A stretch of 64,000 nucleotides of DNA from a virus. Taxonomy: Duplodnaviria; Caudoviricetes. Shown here piece after piece: positions 57,166 through 64,000 of this stretch (positions are counted from its first letter, which is position 1; each line of letters opens with the position of its first letter). The stretch covers positions 1 through 64,000 of the IMG/VR virus record IMGVR_UViG_3300036794_000053. The stretch is one strand, 5' to 3'. The translations under genes were made by a program, and so were the position numbers. The notes under the pieces were generated by a model. It saw only the letters and a list, made by a program, of their open reading frames with translations, made no database searches and had not been told where the DNA came from.

Positions 57166-59038
57166 GAAACTACGGGGCAGCAGGCCGCCGAATAACATCA
57201 CACGCGGCGGGTTCGGTGCGCCCCGGAAAGACACGGATGTTCGGGATATTATTCGGGAAGAGTTGACGAAAGCGTTGCGGTTGCCGGCCGGGGCGACGAG
57301 TCAGGAGATCACCGCCGGCTACCTGGAGTCGCTGCAGCGGAACGGGTCGGCGCGGATCAACGGCGCGGCGGCGTTGCCGCGTGACCCGTACAACACTTAC
57401 CTGTTCGGCCCGGGTGAACCGCTCTACCCGGAGCCGGTGTCGCCGCTGCTGCCCAGCGGGCGGCCGGCGCCGCGGCAGTGGGAGTACCCGGTCTCGTGGA
57501 ACCTGCAGACCGCGTCCACCCGTGGGGTGCCGTGGATGGTGCTCCGCGACGCCGCCGACTCCGTGTCGATTGTCCGGTCGTGTATCGAGACGTGTAAGTC
57601 GGCGCTGATCGGGTTGGAGTGGAGTTTCGGTATCGACTCCACCCGGGCCCGGGCGGTGGCGAAACGGGCGAACCTATCCCCACACGGTGTCACAGCGGAC
57701 CTGCAAGACAAGTACGCGGACGACATTGAGCGTTTGCACCAGTGGTGGATGCGGCCGGCGCGGGGGTGGACGTTCACCGAGTGGCTGTCCGCGATCCTCG
57801 AAGACGAACTCGTGTATGACGCGGTCGCGCTGTACCCGAGGCTCACATTCGGCGGCGATTTGTTGGCGTTGGAACCGATCGATTCTTCTACTATTAAGCC
57901 GTTGTTGGATGAGGGCGGCCGGACCCCATTGCCGCCTTTGGCTGCTTATCAACAGATCCTTTGGGGCTTTCCCCGCGGCGAGTATTCACCGACACCCCTG
58001 GAAGGGATTGACGGTGAATACTTGGACGCTGTGTATGGTCCTTTGGATGTGAAAGGCGCCCGCACCGACACCTTGATTTACAAGGTGCGTAATAAGCGCA
58101 CCCGCTCCCCCTACGGATTCTCTTGTGTTGAGCAGGCGTTGGTTGACACGGATTTGTGGATTCGGCGTTGGCAGTGGCTGGTCGCCGAATACTCCGCGGG
58201 TGTCACCCCGGAGATGGTGGTGCAAGTCGAAGCGAACATGACCCCGGAACAGTTGCGCCAGTACGAAGCCGTGTTCAACGACGACTTGTCGGGTCGGACT
58301 GGTGAGCGGCACCGGGCGCGTTTCCTCCCCGCGGGTTTCCACCCGAGCTATCCGGCGAACATGGACGCCAAGTTCGTGTCCGACCTCGATCTGCACATTG
58401 TCCGGTTGATCTGCGCCAGCTTCAGTGTCCTGCCCACCAGCTTGGGATTCTCCCCGAATCACAACGCCGGGAACATGTCCGGCATGTCCCACCAGGAAGG
58501 CGAACAAACGTCGCAGCTGGAACGGGGCACGAAACCGCGGGCCCGGTGGGTGACCGACCTCATCAACGAAATCTCCATCAACTGGCTGGGGATGCCACCG
58601 GAAGTGACATTCACCTGGCACGGCCTGGACGATGAGGATGAGAAGAAGGAAGCGGACCTCCTCGAAGGCTATTTGGCCAGCGGGATTATGACGTTGAACG
58701 AAACCCGGGACGCCCGGAATCTGCCCCGCTATTCGTTCCAGAACGCGAACGAACCGTTCGTGCACACCCCGACCGGGGTGGCGTTCTTCAATCCGGACGC
58801 GGAGCCGGTGAGCATGCCGGGGAACTTGCCGTCGGCGGTGCAAAACCAACCCGGCTTCAGCGGGACGAGGCAGGAGCAGAAGGCGTTTATGAGCTTCGCC
58901 CGGAACGCGCAACGCCGCGAGACGTGGCGGGACTTCACCTTCAAAGCGCATGACACCGAGGTCGCGGAGGCGGCGAACCGGCTCGCGGCGGCCGGCGACA
59001 TGGACGCCGTCAAAGCGTTGTTCGCGTTGGTGGAATGA
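57158..59038 (+). CDS. Portal protein
   Basis: Follows TerL; IDSSTIKP, YGFS, MTLNETR. Confidence 0.88.
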   Translation: MPKKLRGSRPPNNITRGGFGAPRKDTDVRDIIREELTKALRLPAGATSQEITAGYLESLQRNGSARINGAAALPRDPYNTYLFGPGEPLYPEPVSPLLPSGRPAPRQWEYPVSWNLQTASTRGVPWMVLRDAADSVSIVRSCIETCKSALIGLEWSFGIDSTRARAVAKRANLSPHGVTADLQDKYADDIERLHQWWMRPARGWTFTEWLSAILEDELVYDAVALYPRLTFGGDLLALEPIDSSTIKPLLDEGGRTPLPPLAAYQQILWGFPRGEYSPTPLEGIDGEYLDAVYGPLDVKGARTDTLIYKVRNKRTRSPYGFSCVEQALVDTDLWIRRWQWLVAEYSAGVTPEMVVQVEANMTPEQLRQYEAVFNDDLSGRTGERHRARFLPAGFHPSYPANMDAKFVSDLDLHIVRLICASFSVLPTSLGFSPNHNAGNMSGMSHQEGEQTSQLERGTKPRARWVTDLINEISINWLGMPPEVTFTWHGLDDEDEKKEADLLEGYLASGIMTLNETRDARNLPRYSFQNANEPFVHTPTGVAFFNPDAEPVSMPGNLPSAVQNQPGFSGTRQEQKAFMSFARNAQRRETWRDFTFKAHDTEVAEAANRLAAAGDMDAVKALFALVE

Positions 59039-59649
59039 GCACCACCCGCGCCCTGATGGCGGTCGCTCGGGCGTACGTCACTAAACGGGATTTGGCGCAG
59101 GATCGTGCTGTCGCCGCCGCGTTAGCGGTGTGGTTCGGCGCCCCCCCGACTGATGCGACGCAGCTACCGGAGTCGCTGATTTCCCTCCTGACCGGTTTAG
59201 GTGTGGGGGAGTCAGCGGCGATCGAGGTGGGCGCGTTGGCCGCCACCGCGCCGGTGTTGGGTCGTGGCCCGGATGGGTCGCCGGCGTGGCTGCGGCGGCA
59301 GCCGGCGGTGGAGCGGGTGGCCGCCGATGAGCCGATGCATCGGGCCCGGTATGTGCTGGCCGCCGCCCGCCGGGACTCGCCGCGCGAGCAGCAGTATTTC
59401 GCCGCGCATGTGGCGGCGGCGGTGAATCGGCGGGACGCGGCGCGGCGGATAGACGGCATGGGTAACCAGGTTTTGCGGTGGACGACCGTGGGTGATGACC
59501 GGGTTCATCCGGACTGTCGAAGGTTAGAGGGGCGGCTGTTCACGGCGACGAATCTGCCGGATGGCCTTGTGCCGGGCGGTGTTCGTGTCGGGTGCCGTTG
59601 CCGCGCGGTGCCGTGGGGCCGCCCGTTCTGGGCAATCAGCGAATTCTAG
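59035..59649 (+). CDS. MuF-like head morphogenesis protein
   Basis: WTTVGDDRVHPDC...GCRC. Confidence 0.75.
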   Translation: MSTTRALMAVARAYVTKRDLAQDRAVAAALAVWFGAPPTDATQLPESLISLLTGLGVGESAAIEVGALAATAPVLGRGPDGSPAWLRRQPAVERVAADEPMHRARYVLAAARRDSPREQQYFAAHVAAAVNRRDAARRIDGMGNQVLRWTTVGDDRVHPDCRRLEGRLFTATNLPDGLVPGGVRVGCRCRAVPWGRPFWAISEF

Positions 59650-59689
59650 CCGGGGCGCCGCCGGTCACGCACAGAAGGAATTAACACTT

Positions 59690-61468
59690 ATGAAAATGAC
59701 GTCGGTCTTTGCGCCGATCACGAAAAGTGTCGAGAATGACGACGGCACTATGTATGTGTATGGCAAGGCCACTGGCCCTGATTTGGACCTCGATCAGCAG
59801 CGGTGTGATGCTGAATGGTTGAAGACGGCAATGCCAGAATGGTTCCAGATCGGAAATATCCGTGAGCAGCACGACGGGAAACGCGCCGCCGGGAAAGCCG
59901 TCGAACACGACGTCCTCGAAGACGGCCACTACATCAAAGCCCACATTGTCGACCCCATCGCGGTCCTCAAAGTCAAAAACGACGTATACACCGGGCTGTC
60001 CATCGGGATCGGCCAGCCGCGGGTGGAGAAGTCCACCACCGCACCGAACGGCCTGATCAAAGGCGGCAAAATCTTCGAAGTCAGCCTTGTGGATCGGCCG
60101 GCGTTGCCGACCGCGACGTTCCGCATGTGCAAGACGGCGAAGCCGGGCATGGAAGTGTCCTCGGGCGACTTCGATTCCAGCCGCATGCTGGTCCGCTGCG
60201 GCGACTTCATCGAGAAAGCCCAAGATGAGGTTCCCGAGATGACGGTGAAACTCGGCGAAGCCCTCACCCAGGAGCAGAAGGACAAGTTCGATCAGCTCTT
60301 CGAACAACAGGATGAGGTGGACAAGGCCGCGATCCTCAAGGGGTTCAATCGGGACCAGGCTATCGACCTAGTCACCACAACCCTGGAAAAGGCGGAGAGC
60401 ACGGGCGTGACTGTTCCGCCGATTGCTCCACCGGAAGAGCTCGACGACATCATGGGCGCCAAGGCGGCTATTGCGTTGATTGCTCAGCTGATCCAGTCCG
60501 AAGCGGCCGACATGGTGTGCGCGCCGAACGAGGACTACGACATCGAGTTGCTGTTGCAGGCGGTCGGTGCGTTGCGGTGTTTCATTTGCCGCGAGAAAGG
60601 TGAGCCCGGCGGCGACGGCATGATCATGCTAGCCGCCGACTCTGAGTTGGGGAAGAAAGCGAAGTACAACGCCGAGCAGCTGCGGTCGATGTTGGCGTCG
60701 GGTAAAGCCATGAAAAACAAGAATGGTGACCCGTCCTATCCGATCGCCGACAAGGAAGACCTTCAGAACGCGATCCACGCGGTGGGTCGTGGTTCTGGTG
60801 ACCATGACGCGATCCGCGCCTATATCAAGCGCCGCGCGTCGGCGATTGGAGCTTCGAACATGATCCCTGAATCTTGGTCCAAGAACGTTGAGCCGGACCT
60901 CACTAAGGCGGTGCAGGATGGCGAGAGCGCGGAGGACACGAGCGCAGCGGCCGGTGAAGATGCGGGCGGCGAAACCAGCAAAAGCGTCAGCGGCACCGAA
61001 GTCGGTGAAGGCGCCGAAGTTGTCAAAGAAGCTTCGGACGGGGACGGAGAAGATGGCGCCGGCGCCGAAGCAGCAAAAGCCGTCGCGGTTGGCGCGGACT
61101 CCGAACCCGAACTGACGGTTGAGCTGGGTTCCCACAAGACCATTGAGGCTGTCCTGACTAAAGTTTTCACGGAGGATGACTCCGCGATCCATAAGAGCAT
61201 TAAGTCCATCGTTGAGGCTGCGCAGGAGTCCACCGCAAAGTCCATCAGTGATCTGGTGGAGCGGTTGGAGAAGGTGGAGCAGATGGGTGTTCCGGGTGGT
61301 CCGTCGCAGCGGCGGACCGAGGTTGAGCGCAGCGTCGCCCGGAAGCATGACCTCGAATCTGAGGTGGTGCGCTATAAGTCGCTGGCGATGAACACGCAGG
61401 ATCAGAAGCTTCGGAAGGGCTACACGGCGTTGGCCGCGAAGTTGGAAGCGGAGATCAATTCGCTGTAG
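59690..61468 (+). CDS. Prohead protease fused to scaffold region
   Basis: IREQH, GLSIG, EVSLVDRPA; acidic/coiled C-terminus. Confidence 0.85.
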   Translation: MKMTSVFAPITKSVENDDGTMYVYGKATGPDLDLDQQRCDAEWLKTAMPEWFQIGNIREQHDGKRAAGKAVEHDVLEDGHYIKAHIVDPIAVLKVKNDVYTGLSIGIGQPRVEKSTTAPNGLIKGGKIFEVSLVDRPALPTATFRMCKTAKPGMEVSSGDFDSSRMLVRCGDFIEKAQDEVPEMTVKLGEALTQEQKDKFDQLFEQQDEVDKAAILKGFNRDQAIDLVTTTLEKAESTGVTVPPIAPPEELDDIMGAKAAIALIAQLIQSEAADMVCAPNEDYDIELLLQAVGALRCFICREKGEPGGDGMIMLAADSELGKKAKYNAEQLRSMLASGKAMKNKNGDPSYPIADKEDLQNAIHAVGRGSGDHDAIRAYIKRRASAIGASNMIPESWSKNVEPDLTKAVQDGESAEDTSAAAGEDAGGETSKSVSGTEVGEGAEVVKEASDGDGEDGAGAEAAKAVAVGADSEPELTVELGSHKTIEAVLTKVFTEDDSAIHKSIKSIVEAAQESTAKSISDLVERLEKVEQMGVPGGPSQRRTEVERSVARKHDLESEVVRYKSLAMNTQDQKLRKGYTALAAKLEAEINSL

Positions 61469-61482
61469 TTACTAGTCACTTC

Positions 61483-61508
61483 AACCCCCGTTCACGCGGG
61501 GGTTTTTT
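61483..61508 (+). terminator. Intrinsic terminator-like hairpin before the capsid gene
   Basis: AACCCCCG-TTCACG-CGGGGG-TTTTTT. Confidence 0.6.
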
Positions 61509-61525
61509 CATGTAAAGGATTGGTT

Positions 61526-63283
61526 ATGGCTGAAATGCCACCATCCGCGGGCGAAATGTTCGGCGACGCTGAGTCGCCGATGGAGGTCGCCCAGCGGTTC
61601 GAAGCCTATAAGGCTGAACTGAATAAAGCTATCGGGGCGCCTAAGCGCCCGCCGGGTCACCCGGCTTACTCCCAGCCGGACGAGGTCGAGTCTCTCACTA
61701 AGGCGCTCGGGTCGGATCAGATTTCGAAGGCGCTTTCCCCGGAGATCATTGACTCCGTTCGGAATGCGCTTGCCGAGTCGCAGCTGGGTAAGGAATGGAC
61801 CGCCGGTACTGGGTCTAACGCTAACCCGGTTCCGACCGGCTTGGTTGCTTTCGATCTGGAAGCCCCGGCGAAGCTGCTCGCGCCTCGCCCTACTCCGCTG
61901 CGGAATATGATTCCGCGTAACAAGGGCGTCGGTTTGGCGCACCGCTTCAAGGTCATCTCCGGTTTCACCGGCACTGGCACTGGCGGGGTGGGGACGTTCT
62001 TCCCCGGTATCACTGAGAGCGGTACGACCGCTTCTGGGACCACCCAGTTCAGTCAGGGCGGGTTCACTCCGCTGCGTGGCGCGACGATTAGCTACGCCGG
62101 TTACGACCAGGCTGTGAACTATAAGCAGTTCGGCGTGAGCGACGTGGTGAGTTGGGCCGCGCAGTATTCTGGGCAAGGCTACGAGGACGTTCGTCAGCTT
62201 TCCCAGACTGCCCTGTTGTGGTCTTCCATGCTGTTGGAAGAGCGCATGCTGTTGGGTGCTCGCGGTACCGATTCTGGTTTCTCTGGTGCGTTGGCCGCTC
62301 CTACTGGTGTGACGTTGACGGCGCGGGCCGCGACGGGCGCCGAGGTCGGTAACACCGCGGACATTGCGAACTTCTTCGTGTATGTCGTGGCTGTCGGCAT
62401 GTGGGGCAATGGGCCGGCGTCGAGTGTGGCGACCACTACCGGTTTGTCCGCCGCTACTGGCGACGTTGTGGACGTTGTGTTCAACGACGTGCCGGGTGCT
62501 TTGGGGTACCAGATTTTCGCGGGTACTACCACCGGTGTGGCTAACTCGTTCGCGGCGCAGATTTCCGGTGGCCAGTTGGCTGCCGCGCCCGGTGTGATTG
62601 GGGTTTCCCCAGCGGCTGGTACGTCCGCGGCGAAACTGACCATCAACTTCACCGGTGGCGGTACTGGTGGCGCTCCGAGCACTGGTTCGCAGCCGTCCGC
62701 GACGGATGGCAGCGCGTTCGCCACCGCCTATGACGGTGTGTTGAGTTACTGCACCGGCACGAGCTCCGGCTATGTCACTCGGGTCAACAACACCTTCGCC
62801 GGCGCGGACGGCGCGAATGTTGGGAACACCTTCAACAACGCCTACGCGAGCCTTTACGACTCGGTGAAAGCGGACCCGGATGAGATGTTGGCTAACGGCC
62901 ACGACCGTAAGCAGGTCAGCGACCAGCTGAAGAACGAAAGCTCCGCGTCCTACCGCATCGTGTTGGACAACGCGACGCAGGCACACAACGCGCAGATTGG
63001 TGCGTTGGTGACGGGGGTGCAGAACGAGGTCACCGGCAAGATGGTGAACCTCACCGTGCACCCATGGCTGCCGCAGGGCAACATCCCGATCATTTCGTGG
63101 ACGCTGCCGCTGCCGGACAGCAACATCTCCAACGTGTTCTCGGTGATCAACGTGACCGATTACCAGGGCATTTCTTGGCCAGTGGTGCAGTACCTCTACG
63201 AGACCAGCTCGTATTGGTACGGGACAATGGTATGTTATGCGCCCGCGTGGTGCGGCGCGGTCCAGGGAATTTGGAAGGCGTAA
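61526..63283 (+). CDS. Major capsid protein with inserted Ig/FN3-like domain
   Basis: Position after scaffold; DLEAPAKLL.P.PTPLRN; G/T/A-rich insert with VPGALGYQIFAG. Confidence 0.8.
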   Translation: MAEMPPSAGEMFGDAESPMEVAQRFEAYKAELNKAIGAPKRPPGHPAYSQPDEVESLTKALGSDQISKALSPEIIDSVRNALAESQLGKEWTAGTGSNANPVPTGLVAFDLEAPAKLLAPRPTPLRNMIPRNKGVGLAHRFKVISGFTGTGTGGVGTFFPGITESGTTASGTTQFSQGGFTPLRGATISYAGYDQAVNYKQFGVSDVVSWAAQYSGQGYEDVRQLSQTALLWSSMLLEERMLLGARGTDSGFSGALAAPTGVTLTARAATGAEVGNTADIANFFVYVVAVGMWGNGPASSVATTTGLSAATGDVVDVVFNDVPGALGYQIFAGTTTGVANSFAAQISGGQLAAAPGVIGVSPAAGTSAAKLTINFTGGGTGGAPSTGSQPSATDGSAFATAYDGVLSYCTGTSSGYVTRVNNTFAGADGANVGNTFNNAYASLYDSVKADPDEMLANGHDRKQVSDQLKNESSASYRIVLDNATQAHNAQIGALVTGVQNEVTGKMVNLTVHPWLPQGNIPIISWTLPLPDSNISNVFSVINVTDYQGISWPVVQYLYETSSYWYGTMVCYAPAWCGAVQGIWKA

Positions 63284-63298
63284 GGGCTAGAAACCGCT

Positions 63299-63335
63299 AG
63301 GGAAGGCGCCAGAGTACCCAGCTGGCGCCTTCCCT
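63299..63335 (+). terminator. Hairpin after the capsid gene
   Basis: AGGGAAGGCGCCAG-N9-CTGGCGCCTTCCCT. Confidence 0.6.
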
Positions 63336-63372
63336 GCGTCTTTCCCCTGTCCGCCTAAAGAGAGGTTTCCTG

Positions 63373-63591
63373 ATGATCGAAGAGACGCCGAAACGACCGC
63401 GTGGACGCCCACGTAAAGACGCACCACCCTACGTGTACCAGCCCGTTGAGCAGCCAAAACATGCCAAACCTGCGGGGCCGGTGGACCCGCGGATTGGTGA
63501 GGAAGTGGACGCGACAACGAAGTTCATCACTTTCCCCGACGGCGCCGAATACCGCGCCGAAAACGGTCGGCTTGTGGAGCGGGTGAACTGA
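63373..63591 (+). CDS. Small protein with AT-hook-like PRGRPRK
   Basis: RBS; post-capsid position. Confidence 0.6.
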   Translation: MIEETPKRPRGRPRKDAPPYVYQPVEQPKHAKPAGPVDPRIGEEVDATTKFITFPDGAEYRAENGRLVERVN

Positions 63592-63845
63592 TGTCTCGAC
63601 TGCTGTCACCGGACGACAAGTGTGTTCAGGTTGATGTCCCGTTGGGGCGGAACCGGCGTTACAGCGGCCAGTTGATTGATGTGTCCGACCCGAGTCATGT
63701 CCGTGCTTTGCGGCTAGCCGGGTACACGGTCGCGGACACCGCCGGCGCACCCGCGAAAACGGGGGGGTTCGAATGTGCCAATTGTGGGTTCCACAGCTAC
63801 TTCCGTACCTGTTCACGGTGCGGCGGAATGTGTGAGCGCCCTTAA
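63591..63845 (+). CDS. Small Zn-ribbon protein
   Basis: CANC...CSRC. Confidence 0.65.
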   Translation: MSRLLSPDDKCVQVDVPLGRNRRYSGQLIDVSDPSHVRALRLAGYTVADTAGAPAKTGGFECANCGFHSYFRTCSRCGGMCERP

Positions 63846-63860
63846 CAGGAGGGGTGTGTT

Positions 63861-64000
63861 ATGACGGCCCCAACTATTCACCCCGTTTCCACCCAGGGTG
63901 TGTCGATCCCGTACATCACGGTGGACGAGTTGAAACGTTCCCCGGTGTACACCCAGTTGCAGAAGTTGGTGCCTCGTTCTTCCGAGGCGGATCGGGACGC
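63861..64000 (+). CDS. Partial CDS, probable head-tail adaptor
   Basis: AGGAGG RBS; PYITVDELK; runs off the window. Confidence 0.5.
   Translation, partial: MTAPTIHPVSTQGVSIPYITVDELKRSPVYTQLQKLVPRSSEADRD

Noticed and set aside
55705-63061. Long antisense ORFs (e.g. 55705-57234, 57986-58951, 61508-63061)
   Set aside because: Shadows of high-GC genes on the opposite strand with no recognisable motifs.

Overview
High-GC dsDNA tailed-phage (or prophage) sequence from an actinobacterial host, judged by WhiB, Lsr2, DUF397, Rpf and a ClpC1-type N-domain. Layout: (i) 1-26.4 kb is a rightward early/replication region with an AAA ATPase, metallophosphoesterase, WhiB, exonuclease + ERF, HNH, SSB, ParB/MT-A70 methylase, Rep initiator with iterons, DnaB, RusA and a C5 methylase. 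(ii) 26.4-28 kb is a tRNA cluster. (iii) 28-46 kb holds accessory genes on both strands, including a TerS-like gene. (iv) 46-51.4 kb is a leftward block (tyrosine recombinase, GATase + amidoligase, RuvB), preceded by a repeat-rich noncoding region with an rrn-type boxA. (v) 55.7-64 kb is the head module (TerL, portal, MuF-like, protease/scaffold, major capsid). The most striking item is at the left edge: a stand-alone Cas7/RAMP-like gene (223-930) directly downstream of a non-CRISPR array of NNNCC pentamers punctuated by GAC every 43 nt, a candidate RNA-guided system with a non-contiguous guide. The second is an AAA ATPase / ubiquitin-like (C-terminal GG) / Cys-His partner module at 3.7-6.2 kb. 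All family assignments come from motif recognition by eye; no searches were run. Many small hypothetical ORFs are omitted.
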